A stretch of DNA of 63,991 nt, filler included, from Chiloscyllium plagiosum (Eukaryota), in assembly GCF_004010195.1 (NCBI RefSeq). It is 5 parts of one record of this genome, joined end to end, with 100 filler letters (N's around TTAATTAATTAA, not from the genome) between each part and the next. Parts side by side here need not be neighbours in the genome. Positions count along the whole stretch, not along the records: positions 35,863 to 54,390 come from NC_057715.1; positions 54,491 to 59,607 come from NC_057715.1; positions 59,708 to 63,991 come from NC_057715.1; 2 more parts are not named here. One strand, 5' to 3'. This document shows, in pieces, positions 50,687 through 62,403 of the stretch (position 1 is the stretch's first letter; each line of letters opens with the position of its first letter). Below the pieces are notes generated by a model. The model worked only from the letters and a program-made list of their open reading frames with translations. It did no database searches and was not told where the DNA came from. The position numbers and the translations under genes were made by a program.

Positions 50687-51020
50687 GGGCAGCACAGTGG
50701 CTCAGTGGTTAGCACTGCTGCCTCACCAGTGCCAGGGATCCGGGTTTGATTCCTGCCTCGGGCGATTGTTTGTGTGGAGTTTCCACATTCTTCCCGTATC
50801 TGTGTCAGTTTCCCCCGGGTGCTCTGGTGTCCCCTCTCAGTCCAAACATGTGCTGGCCAGGTGAACTAGCCATGCAAAATTGCCCATAGTGTTAGGTGTA
50901 TAAGTCAGGGGTAAAGGTAAGGTGGGGGAAATGAGTCGGGGTGGTTTGCTCTTTGGAAAGTCAATATGTACTTGTTGGGCCGAAGGACCTCTTTCCATAA
51001 TGTAGGGTATCTAATCTATT
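50687..51020 (+). mobile_element. HE1/V-SINE, full length
   Basis: gggcagcacagtggctcagtggttagcactgctgcc head with A/B boxes, V-domain and tail. Confidence 0.88.
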
Positions 51021-51439
51021 TAGTTTAAAGCCATCCCCCACTCTATCCAATTAGTTTAAAGACCTGTCTACAGCCATAGTTATGTGATTTGCTCGGACTT
51101 GGTCCCAGCGCAGTTCAAATGAAAACCATCCCATTGGAACAGGCCCCTTCTTCCCCAGTACTGCTGCTAATGTCCCATATATTTAAACCCATTTCTCCCA
51201 CACCAATCTTGGAGTCAAGCATTTACCTGCTTAATCTTATTGACCATGTGCCAATTAGCTCATGGCTCAGGTAGTAATCCAGAAAGTATTACCTTCTTGG
51301 TTCTGCTTTTCAATGTAGCTCTGAGCTGTTCTTACTCCCTTAGCAGAACCTCTGCCCTAGTTACACCTATTCACTGGTATCTACATGGACCACGACCAAT
51401 GGATAGGAATGGGATACACTCAACTCATCAATCTGACAT

Positions 51440-52470
51440 GCCATAACAAAAAACCGCAATGACCTTCTCAGAAGACAGTCACACGGCATGACTGATAGAG
51501 TACCCTCCATAATCCGTACTTCCCCAGAGTGGAGAAACTACACCAGGTTCTTTGCAGCCTTCAACATGTGATCGATGACGATGAGCATACCGCAATGATC
51601 ACCCCCTACACCTCCACTTCTCACATGCAAACAACCGCCAAACCTTAAAAAGGCCATCATTCGAGCAAACATTGATACTGCCATCACATGTAGGGATATA
51701 ATCCACCATGTACAAGTTGAAAAATGTGGTGCTGGAAAAGCAAACAGTTCTGGCAGCATCCAAGCAGCAACAGAGTCGACATTTTGGGCATAAGCCCTTC
51801 ATCAGGAACGTTATGTACAAGGTGGATACTCATGTGACTTGGCCAATGTGGTCTACCTCACACTGCAGGAAGGATGCCAGAGGCATGGTATATTGGCGAG
51901 ACCATGAAGATACTACAACAACAGTTAAACGGATACCGCACAACAATCGCCAGATAGGAGTGTTCCCTCCCAGTCAGGGAACACTTCAGCAGTCAAAGAC
52001 ATTCAGCTTCCAATCTTTGGGTAAATGTCCTGCAAGGCAGCCTTTGAGATACACAACAATGCAGAATCACTGAGCAGAAACTGATAGTCAAGTTCTGTAC
52101 ACATGAAGGCAGCCTCAACCATGATCTCGGGTTCATGTCGTGCTATATGTGACCCCACCATACAATTCTGCATCTGTATCATTTTTACTGTCTTGTTTTG
52201 ACACTATCACTTTGATAACATATATTGACTTTCTACATTAATTTTGCACAGTTTTGGATTACTTATTACTATGGTATGACCCTCATCATGCAACTCTCTG
52301 CACCTCATTTAATCAGATTGTATGTCATCTTTTCAGTAATTTTTTAGTTATTGACACTTTACTCACACCATCTAATTTCCTTGCAGAGGCTGATTATTCA
52401 ACACTCCACTCATACCACTTGCATAATCTATTGATCTCTCTGCTCATAAATTCGGTGTACTTCCCTCTCA
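51440..52470 (+). mobile_element. Penelope-like GIY-YIG C-terminal region (family C related) with a nested family A tail (51717-51812, TSD atgtacaag)
   Basis: NVVYLTHCRK..AWYIGETM..QQLNGYR..PVREHFS..ITEQKLI across frameshifts. Confidence 0.8.
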
Positions 52471-52477
52471 CTTCACA

Positions 52478-52785
52478 GGGCGGCACAGTGGCTCAGTGGT
52501 TAGCATTCCTGCCTCACAGCACCTAGGACACGGGTTCGATTCCAGCATCAGGCGTCTGTCTGTGTGGAGTTTGTACATTCTCCCCTTGTCAGCGTGGGTT
52601 TCCTCCCAGAAACACAGATGTACAGGTTAGGTGAATTCGCCATGCTAACTTGTCCATCGTGTTCAGGGATATGTAGGTTAGGGGTAAATGTAGAGTAATG
52701 GGGTTGGGTGGAATATTCTTCAAAGAGTCGATGCGGACTTGAAGGGCCGAAGGGCCTGTTTCCACACGTAGGGATTCTGTGGATT
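52478..52785 (+). mobile_element. HE1/V-SINE
   Basis: gggcggcacagtggctcagtggttagc head and gggttcgattcc B box. Confidence 0.88.
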
Positions 52786-53814
52786 CACTTGACTAAAGCT
52801 TGTGATTTCAAATAAACCTGTTGGACTATAACCTGGTCATGTGATTTCTGATTTAAGCGTGATAGAGAAGATCATAAGATTCAAAAATGGGAAAACTGGC
52901 CAGAGATTTGGTATAATACATGGCAGTTCAAGCTGGGAAATTTCCTTACACTCAAAATCTGCTTTGGTAGTCCCAAAATCACATCATCTTGGCCTGGAAT
53001 CATGTTGGGGATGAATGCTGGATGGAGTTGGACCAGTCAGATTAGAGACTGGAGACAGATTATAGAGGCAGCCAAATGCTGAAGTGGACTGGTTAGAATA
53101 TCCTTCTTGATCCTATGGGGCTTTGTCCCAATTATGCTAGAAGATTTTAAAGCTTCTAACCGTCCCCACCAATCCCCTATCGTGACCCCAGTACACCCCG
53201 CTTCCCCCCACCCCCCACCCCCCAATCACCATGCCAAGTCCATAGTCACTCTGCTATGAGCAGACCTCAAATCTTGTGCAGATGAAATAGACTTCTGAGA
53301 ATCTGATATAGGCCTCACAACAATATATTTCAAATGTTTAAAAAACCACAGATTCATGAAAACAAAGCTTTTAAATTTCAAATAGTTAATATCTTATAAA
53401 AACAAGAGAACTGGTTTCTCCCTTTAATTCTTTGATAGTCTCCCTAAGCTATCAACCAAACCTGCCTGTCTGCTGAAATAACTGCAGCTTTTGAATTCAG
53501 CCAGCATTAATAATTAAACCCTAGAAAAAAACCAAGAAGCAACGTGAAAACGGTTTGAACAGATGTAAAATCAAATAATTCCTGCAAAGTTTTTTTTGAA
53601 AAAAAAGCACTGAGTGCAACCAGTTTTTTTTTAAACAATTTAAAAAGTAGGATTTTTTTTAAAAATCAGCTTATGAAATGGACTGTACCTGCTCAAGAAC
53701 ATTTACATTTACTCTTGAAATTCTTAACTGCTAAGCTGTGGTTTCTGGTCTTTGCAACAAAGATAGTGTCTGCTTGAACTAAGCACCAACTTTAAATAAC
53801 TGAGTTTTTTTTGC

Positions 53815-54662
53815 AGCAGAGAACGGCGGGTGCTGGCGTAAGTGAAGTCGGAGAGCAAAGCCAGTCGGGTAGGTAAGTGATTGTCATTTGAGTGGGTGTG
53901 TTCTAGACCCCAGGTCCTACAAAGTAGGGCCTCCCTCCCACCCTCCTCCTCTAACCTAAATTAAAAGTCCACAGACTTGCCCCAAAAAGAGGGTCCAAGG
54001 AAGTTCCTGTGGATTGAAGTGTGAGGCTTTAGCTCAGGAGTCTTTGACAAGGAGGTTGAGTGAACTGATTACGCCACAGTTGAAGAGGGTGAAGACATGA
54101 ACCAGCTAAGCTGGTTCAGTGTGCTACGTGCTTGATGTGGGAGGTCAACGACTCTGGTGTGTCTGGCTCATATAAGTGTGGAAAGTATGTGCACGTTCAG
54201 CAACTGACAGAGCATATTGCAGCACTGACGAAAGAACTCGAGGACCTTAGGCTCATCTGAGAGAACAAGATCTTTCTGGACAAGACCTTCAGCGAGGTTA
54301 TTACACCGACCATACCAGAAGAGAGCAGACGATGAGGAAGGCAGAGAGGAGACAGGTGCAAGAAACCCCGGGGGAAGTACCTGTCAGGAANNNNNNNNNN
54401 NNNNNNNNNNNNNNNNNNNNNNNNNNNNNNNNNNTTAATTAATTAANNNNNNNNNNNNNNNNNNNNNNNNNNNNNNNNNNNNNNNNNNNNAGGGCAGTCT
54501 CTGGATTCATTTAAGAAAGAGTTGTGGAATCAAGGGTTATGGAGATAAGGCAGGAACAGTATACTGATTTAGGATGATCAGCCATGATCATATTGAATGG
54601 TGGTGCAGGCTCGAAAGGCAGAATGGCCTACTCCTGCACCTATTGTCTATTATCTATTGTCT
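53815..54662 (+). mobile_element. CR1 5' UTR/ORF1 start and, across a gap, a CR1 3' end
   Basis: LVQCATCLMWEV..YKCGK..LTKELEDLRLI before the gap; (tctattg)n tail after it. Confidence 0.8.
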
Positions 54663-55704
54663 AAGACGGCGGGGCGAAGAATGGATTCCTTAGTCCATAC
54701 AAAGCAACAATATTTAATCATCTTTTTCCTATCTTTTTCCCTTGTACAAATATTATTTTTCCAATTCCACAACATCCTGCCCAACGGACTTTCTAGAGGC
54801 ATGTTGTAAGGGACCCCGCCTCCATTTCCATTGCCTTTTCCTTCTTTTGTTTTCCCGGAGGCTTTTTCCTTACCCACGGCACAGCCCATATGGAGTTCCT
54901 TCGTTAGTCCCTTATTAACTACTAAAATTCAATCCCAGCCACCATGGCAGTACTTAAAAGTCAATTTTCTTACTTTGGTCTGTGCACAGAGTTGCCTGGC
55001 CCCTCTTTGCCGTATTTCATGTCAACCTCCTTTCACTGCCTGATTCAGATGTCTCTCTTGTGGGATTCGTACCAGTCGCCCAAAGGAGCGGACCAAACCG
55101 GGACACGAGACCGCTCCTCAATCGGGAACGAGATGCCTCTTCCCAGTGTCCAGGGCCAGCCACTCCCCCCAGCGATGGAAGAATATCCTGGACGAATCCC
55201 CAATTGTGAGAAACGAAGCTCACTCACTTCAATAATTTCAGTCCGAGATAAGATCTGAATCAGTAGTGTCATTTTTTTTGCTCTTGCAAGAAGGGTGTGG
55301 TGTCTACTGTGTACAAAGGCAGTCACACACACACACTGAATTCAACTAATACACAATATTTATGTAATTTGTTTCTCTCCTCTCCTCCCATTGCTCCTCC
55401 CCTGTTTACATCTCCCACTTCTCTAAGACCGGCGCATATTACTCTTGTTTAACTCTTGCCTTATCCGGCCTTGTCTGTGACAAAATGCTTATTTCTGGCC
55501 TCACAAGGCCGTTTGACCACATCCTGCTGTGGTCCATTGTTAGGTATATCCTCCTTTACTGACATCTGTTTCCCTTATTTGTTATGACTTTATGACCTCA
55601 TGACTCCTTGACTGTGGTTTGTTCTTGTTTTTGCAGAAGCGGGAAATAGATGCTTATAACTACTGTTTGAACAGGCATATCTAGCTTAAACCCCTCCCCT
55701 CACA
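54663..55704 (-). mobile_element. Class I (HERV-I-like) endogenous retrovirus 5' end: LTR, primer binding site (PBS), leader and gag matrix start
   Basis: 500-bp putative LTR 55205-55704 bounded by TGTGAG...CTCACA; PBS TGGGGATTCGTCCAGGAT (55185-55202), 15/18 match to the tRNA-Pro PBS; gag from 54889 MGCAVGK...PLESPLGRMLWNW...KKMIKYCCFVWTKESILRP. Confidence 0.85.
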
Positions 55705-55914
55705 GCACCTTATCTATTTGTCTGTAACATCTATCATTGTTTGTAGGCATATTTCATTCTTGTACGCACATTTTAGCTAATACAAAAACAATTATGTATT
55801 TCCTACACATAGTTTCATTCTTGTTGACTGAAACAATTATACACTGGTGTGAGTTCATTTACTTTGCTTAAGTAATTATGATTGCAGAAGTAACACTACT
55901 TTACCTATATCCCA

Positions 55915-56120
55915 CAATAACCATTGCTGATTGTTGGAGACCCCATCTAGTTCACTAATGCCCTTAAGGGAAAGAAACTACCATCCTTACTTGGTTGGGT
56001 CTTCATGTAACTCCAGACCCACAGCAATGTGATTGATGCTTAACAACTCTCTGGGCAATTAGGGATGGGCAATAACAGCTGCCTAGCCAGAGATGCCCAC
56101 ATCCAATGAATTTTAAAAAA
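55915..56120 (+). mobile_element. Deu-SINE (SacSINE1-like) body plus tail
   Basis: cccatctagttcactaatgcccttaagggaaagaaac...actccagacccacagcaatgtg joined directly to the tail gggcaattagggatgggcaataa...gatgcccacatcc. Confidence 0.8.
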
Positions 56121-57639
56121 GCCAATGAAGGAAAGGTGCATACACCTGATGCCAACTGATCATGCTCCAGGTTGCAGCTAGGTCATAGTCAGTATGGAGG
56201 TTGTTTGGAGCTCGCTGAAGCCACCAATTACATGCTCTACCTGTTCTTGTATAGCTTGTCTTAGTGGGAGTCTGAATATTAATGAGGTGAGTTGTGCTTT
56301 AAACAAGGCATTTAATAAGTGACCCTACCAATTAGCATCTTGCGACCACTTGTGCCAGTTGCAAAAAGCACCAAAGGTGGAGTAAGATAATCTTGATAAT
56401 GAAATAGTCCTTGTCTGACTTCTCTTTCCATTCTGCCATACATCTCACCATAGCCGACATCACTCAGAGCCATATAATATTCTGCTCTAGCCTTTTGCTT
56501 ATTTATTTTCCCATTTGGAATAGGACGTGGTCTGCTCACCAAAACACTCTGTTAGCAATTAACAGCACTACGTCTAGTTTAAAAAACCCACAGCAGAGCC
56601 AATGGTCATTGTGACACACAAGCATATGATAAAGAAAGACAAGAGGGAAAAGAATAAAAGGAAAAGAAACCACAATTATGAATAACTGTTAAAAAGTCCA
56701 AGAAATGGTCATTAATTTTTATAAAAGAAAATCCAGTAAGTAAATGTCCAGTAAAAGTGTTTGCAGTTGGACGATCTCACAGAAACCCTTTACATTGTAC
56801 TTTGAATGAAGGTGGGTGCAGTTGAAGGTGTGGTAATACGATTCCTGTAGACTGGGAATTAATTCATTTTTCAGGCAGAATCTCTTCCTGGAAGTCTGGT
56901 TTTGATGAGGGGTTAAGACCAGAGTCTTGGGACAGGCTTAAGTTAAGCCTGGATATGTTTGCTGTTCTTTGTTCCAATATTAAAAGCAAACTGAGATTTT
57001 AAAAAATCAGAAGTGTATCATTAAAAGATTTCATAGATCAGATATGGTTTAGTCATGGGACTGTAGCCCTGGGTGGGTTAGTTTCAAACTAACAAGAGAT
57101 TGTTGATATATCTGATCAAAACTATTTATTGGAGATAACACTAGCACCGCATTAGACATGACATGGTTAGAGGACTCTTCCTTTGTTATCACTTCATGCT
57201 TGGAGACAGAAAGTCTGTCCTTTTAATGTCTAACTGTGCTTGCAATTAGAAATTAGAGGCATGATTTCCCCAAAGGATGTTTCTGAAAATATCTAGACTT
57301 TAACAAGATTGCACATTCAGTGGTTGGTAACAACCATTTAACCTCATTTTGAAAATTAAAAAAAGTACACTTTTTGAAAACAGTTTAGAATCTCTTTTCA
57401 TGACTTGTGGGCAGAAATGGGGATGAGAAAGAACTGAAACCTTTGTTCTCTTTCCCAGACTGTTCATATCAGTGTTTTCTTTGGAATAAAATGTGTATAT
57501 ATTTTTTCAACACTGAGCATATGGTCATTTTTTGGATAAATAACATCAAAGTTTTGTGAATTTAAATAATGAGGGTTATTCATCTCAAACATTGAATTCT
57601 ATATTAATCACTCACACATTGAAGAAAAAAAATGGAAAA

Positions 57640-58800
57640 TATAGACATTGTTCATTTCATTTTAGTAAAGCCTTTGACAAGGTTCCACATAGTAGATTAA
57701 TCTGTAAAGTTGGGTCACATGGGATTTAGAGTGAGCTTGTTAATTGGATACATAATTGGCTAAATGGCAGTAGATGGAGAGTAATAGTGGAGGGTTGCTT
57801 TTCGGACTGGAGGCCTGTGACTAGTGGTGATCCACAGGTACTGGTTCTGGATCTTCTTTTGTTTGTCAGTTACACGAATGACTTGGATGAGAATATAGAA
57901 GGCATGATTAGTAAGTTTGCACATGACACCAAAACTGGTGATATAGTAAACAGTGAAGACATGTTTTCTAAGCTTACAAAAGGATCTTGACCAATTGGGT
58001 CAATGGGCTGAAAAATGGCAGATGGAGTTCAATCTGGATAAATACAATGAACAAGGGTATAGCTTATACATTTAATCGTAGGACCTTGGGTAGATTTGTA
58101 AAACAGAGGGACATAGGGATGCAGGTTCGTAATTCTTTAAAGTTTGCATCGCATATAGACAGGATGTTTAAAAAGACATATGGCATTGCCTTCATTGCTC
58201 ATTCTTTTGAGTATAGGAGTTGGGACATTATGTCAAGGTTGTATCGGACATTGATGAGGCTTCTGATGGAACACTGTGTCCAGTTCTGGTCACCCAATTT
58301 AAGGAAGGATATTATCAAGCTGGAGAGGGTTCAGAAGAGATTTACCAGGATGCTGCCATGTATGGAAGGTTTGAGTTATAAAGAATGGCTGGATAGGCTG
58401 GGACTTTTGTCACTGGAATGTAGAAGGTTGAGAGGTGTGACCTGAAAGAAGTTTATAAAATAATGAGAGGTATAGATAGACATGATGGTAGTTGTCTTAT
58501 CCCTCAGATGGAGAATTTCAGGAATGGGGTACATTTTTAAGGTGAGAAGAGAGAGATTTTAAAAAGACATAAGAGGTAAATATTTTACACTGAGGGTAGT
58601 TTGCATGTGAATGAACTTCCTGAGAAAGTGGTGGTTGTGGGTACAATTACAAAGTTTAAAAGATATTTGGATGGATACATAAATAGGAAAGGTTTGGAGG
58701 GATATGGGCCAGGAATAGGCAGACTAGCTTAGTTTGGGATGATATTCGGTATAGAGTGGTTGGACTGAAGGGTCTGTTTCTGTGCTGTATAACTCTATAA
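57640..58800 (+). mobile_element. CR1 RT and 3' end, decayed
   Basis: FSKAFDKVPH, SKFAHDTK and EHCVQFWSP. Confidence 0.9.
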
Positions 58801-58869
58801 AAGAGAAGAATGCACTTCGATTAGTTGTAAACAAAAGAATGGTTCATGTGAGGATATAGAATCATTCAT

Positions 58870-59292
58870 TGAGCTGATGTATTTTTCTGCAGATGTTTCA
58901 TCACCTTGCTCGATGACATTATCAGTGCACCTCCGATGAAGCATTGGTGATCTGTCCCCCCTCGTATTTATGTGTCCCTATTTTCTGGTATTTCAGGTTC
59001 TGTATCTAAGTGGTTTGTATACGGGGTCCAGTTCAATATGTTTATTGATTGAGTTCTGGTTGGAGTGCCAGGCTTCAAGGAAGTCTTTTGCGTGTCTCTG
59101 TCTTGCCTATTCAACGATGGTGACATTGTCCCAATTGAATGCATGTCCTTCATTGTCTTGGGGGTTCAAATGAAGGAGTACTGGTCATGTCTGGTGGGGG
59201 CAAGCTGATGTTTGTGCATGCGTATAGTCAGTTTTCTTCCTGTTTGTCCTCTGTAGTGATTTTCACAATTCTTGCAGGGTATCTTGTAGATT
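58870..59292 (-). mobile_element. Penelope-like family B GIY-YIG fragment
   Basis: IYKIPCKNCENHYRGQTGRKLTIRMHKHQLA; hammerhead-like motif in the tail. Confidence 0.85.
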
Positions 59293-59563
59293 AGACAATA
59301 GACAATAGACAATAGGTGTAGGAGTAGGCCATTCAGCCCTTCGAGCCTGCACCGCCATTCAATATAATCATGGCTGATCATTCCTAATCAGTATCCTGTT
59401 CCTGCCTTATCTCCATAACCCTTGATTCCACTATCTTTGAGAGCTCTATCCAACTCCTCCTTAAATGAATCCAGAGAGTGGGCCTCCACTGCCCCCTGTA
59501 GCAGAGCATTCCACACAGCCACCACTCTCTGAGTGAAGAAGTTTCTCCTGAGCTCTGTCCTAA
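59293..59563 (-). mobile_element. CR1 3' end
   Basis: (caataga)n tail; reverse complement resembles 54491-54662. Confidence 0.85.
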
Positions 59564-59707
59564 ATGAGGTAAAAACAATGACTGCAGATGCTGGAAACCA
59601 GATTCTGNNNNNNNNNNNNNNNNNNNNNNNNNNNNNNNNNNNNNNNNNNNNTTAATTAATTAANNNNNNNNNNNNNNNNNNNNNNNNNNNNNNNNNNNNN
59701 NNNNNNN

Positions 59708-59925
59708 CCCCACCCCCCTCCGGCCTATCACCCTCACCTTGACCTCCTTCCACCTATCGCATTTCCAACGCCCCTCCCCCAACTCCCTCCTCCCTACCTT
59801 TTATCTTAGCCTGCTGGACACACTTTCCTCATTCCTGAAGAAGGGCTTATGCCCGAAACGTCGATTCTCCTGTTCCTTGGATGCTGCCTGACCTGCTGCG
59901 CTTTTCCAGCAACACATTTTCAGCT
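59708..59925 (+). mobile_element. Penelope family A pLTR/tail
   Basis: Near-identical to 1-198; intact hammerhead core at 59831-59866. Confidence 0.85.
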
Positions 59926-59939
59926 CAGTTAATTAAAAG

Positions 59940-60470
59940 CTGTGTTCATCGGATGTACTGCACACAATTCTGGTCACTACACTATAGGAAGGATGTTACT
60001 CAGCTGGAAAGGGTGCAGAAAAGATTTGCAAGGCTGTTTCCAAGACACTTATAGGGAAAGGCTGATTTGGCTGAGGCTTTTTTCCTGGAGCTTAGGAGAC
60101 TGAGGAATGACCTATTATAGAGATTTATAAAAACATGAGGGACATAGATAAGATTAACAGCCAAGATCTTTTCCCCAGGCTAGGGGAGTTCAAAACTAGA
60201 GGTCATAATTTAAAGATGAAAGGGAAAGCTCTAAAAGGGACCTGAGGGGGAACATTTTTCACACAGAGGCTGGTTCATATGTGGAATTACCTGCCAGAGG
60301 AAGTGGTAGATGCAGGTATAGTTACAACATTTAAAAGACAGGCACATGAGTAGGAAAGATTTAGAGGGATATGGGCCAAACACAGGTAAATGGCACTAGT
60401 TTGGTTTGGGAACCATGATCGGTGTGGATAGGTTGGACTGAAGGGTCCATTCTGGATGACTTTGTGACTC
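59940..60470 (+). mobile_element. CR1 3' portion
   Basis: Homologous to the other CR1 C-termini. Confidence 0.85.
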
Positions 60471-61531
60471 TTCTGGAGGAAAGAGATGCCTATGGAGTGA
60501 CCTAATAGTAGCCTGTAAAATTATGAAGGGATTTGACAGGTTTCACTTTGGGGGAGCTAAAGCTAGGGGTCAATAGATACAAAATTGTGTCATGTTCTGT
60601 GCATTATGTTTGAAGGCAAGTCATTCACTTGTTGTTAGCTGTCCACTTTGAGCTGTTTTCTTGGCAGTTCTTGTCTGTGGTGCTTTGCTGTTGCCTTACA
60701 TTCTCAGGGGCAGGGTGAGGAGGCAAGCTCCTGGAGCAGGAATCAAACCCGCTTTGTTAGCATTTGGTATGAAACACCTTGTTAATTTATTAATGTATTT
60801 AAAATGGAGTTCTCAAACACTGTTACCTAGAGTGGTGAAAATGTGCAATGTGCTACAGCTTGGAAGCAAATATAGTGTAGATGATTTTAAGAGGAAGGTG
60901 GAGAAAGGAATTATGTGCTAAATGAAGTGGAGTGGCAGCAAGAATAATTGATACACAAACTCTAGTCTGTTTGTGGGTTGAAAATTCTGTGTACTCTTCC
61001 AGTTTGCTGTCCATCTTCATATCTCACCAGCCAAAGAGACTTTCTTGACACCAGGAGATAGAATTACATCCTTTTCTCTGAATCGAATGAAGCAGTATAA
61101 GTGAGCAATAGGCTTTACATCTTGTTCAGCACCTGAATGTAAAGTAACAAACATTGAAGAAAGAAAGGGTGACAGTAGGTATCTGCAGTTTGCCATTGAT
61201 TGAGGAAGGTAAGATAGAAGTAAGAATGGAAAGGAGCATACAATATGAAAAGGTTCTGTGCTGCATCTTTTCAAGCAGTGCCAGTAACTTCCATCATCTT
61301 GATTCTAGCCCTTCTGGGAGTGTTGAGTACTTTTTCCTTCAGGTAGAAAGTGTGCAGAGGCAACCTCTTCTTCGGTGCATTATAGGCAACCAGAAAAGGT
61401 TTTAAACCTACCACAGTGTGGGGTATAGGAAGTATTCATCACCTGCAGTGAGTAAGACTGTTGTTGTGATGAGTGTAGGATGTGCAAGTGTGGCCTAAAC
61501 TCTTATACTGGTTTTCTTTCTATTACTTAAG

Positions 61532-61649
61532 GATCCAAATGCAGATACTGAATGGAATGACATTTTACGGAAAAAAGGCATCCTCCCTCCCAAAGAGGAT
61601 GCAAATCAGGCAGCAGAGGAAGAGCTCATTCAGCACCAGAAACCGATCG
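61532..61649 (+). CDS. PDCL3: Internal coding exon (exon 2) of a phosducin-like protein of the PDCL3/PDCL2 (PhLP2) subfamily
   Basis: Acceptor ttttctttctattacttaag followed by [39 protein letters not shown] and donor [29 protein letters not shown] matches the PDCL3 N-terminus as I recall it. Phase 0 start, phase 1 end (118 nt). Not in the ORF track in this frame. Confidence 0.93.
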
Positions 61650-61871
61650 GTAGGTGAAGAAGTTTAATTTGTTACTCGTTCATGTGTTGCTGCCAAGGCT
61701 AGACCATATGAAGTAGGAACAGCAGGTGGCTATTCAGTCAAGTGTGCTCTGCCACTCACTGAGATTGCAACTGACTGACAATCCTCAACTCCACTTCTCC
61801 TGATTTTTTTTTTTCCATAAACCTTTGCTGATTAAAAATCCACTACGCTACTTGTATCAAATGTAGAATAA

Positions 61872-62185
61872 AATCCCTACAGTGTGGAAACAGGCCCTTC
61901 GGCCCAACAAGTCCACACCTCTGAAGAGTATCCCATCCAAACCCATTCCCTCTACATTTGCCCCTAACTAATACGTACTTTGACACTGTGGGCAATTTAG
62001 CACGGCCAATCCACCATACCTGCACACCTTTGGACTGTGGGAGGAAACCGGAGCACCTAGTGGATACCCATGCAGACACGGGGAGAATGTGCAAACTCCA
62101 CAGACAGTCGCCTGAGGCTGGAATCGAACCTGGGTCCCCAGTACTGTGAGGCAGCAGTGCTAACCACTGAGCCACCGTGCCGCCC
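61872..62185 (-). mobile_element. HE1/V-SINE, full length
   Basis: Head gggcggcacggtggctcagtggttagc on the minus strand, V-domain and tail. Confidence 0.9.
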
Positions 62186-62216
62186 TCTTTTGGATTGTTT
62201 GCAAATGGTTGTCATG

Positions 62217-62403
62217 GTTGAAAAGTGCAGCACTGGAAAAGCACAGTCGTTCGGGCAGCATCCGAGGAGCAGGAGAATTGGAAGGTCTTATGCCCAAAGC
62301 GTCAATTCTCCTGCTCCTCAGATGCTGCCTGATTGGCTGTGCTTTTCCAGCGCCATAGTTTATCGACTCTGATCTCCAGCATCTGCAGTCCTCTCTTTCT
62401 CCT
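62217..62403. mobile_element. Miniature fold-back Penelope family A insertion
   Basis: 14-bp TSD aaatggttgtcatg (62203-62216 and 62404-62417); inverted arms. Confidence 0.82.

Noticed and set aside
50687..50760. tRNA genes
   Set aside because: The tRNA-like sequences are SINE heads continuing into V or Deu domains.
61320..61345. Neuromedin U/S-like YFxFR exon (NMU/NMS flank PDCL2/3 in mammals)
   Set aside because: Reads YFFLQ, needs a frameshift, no PRN exon or other precursor exons were found, and it lies within the PDCL intron.
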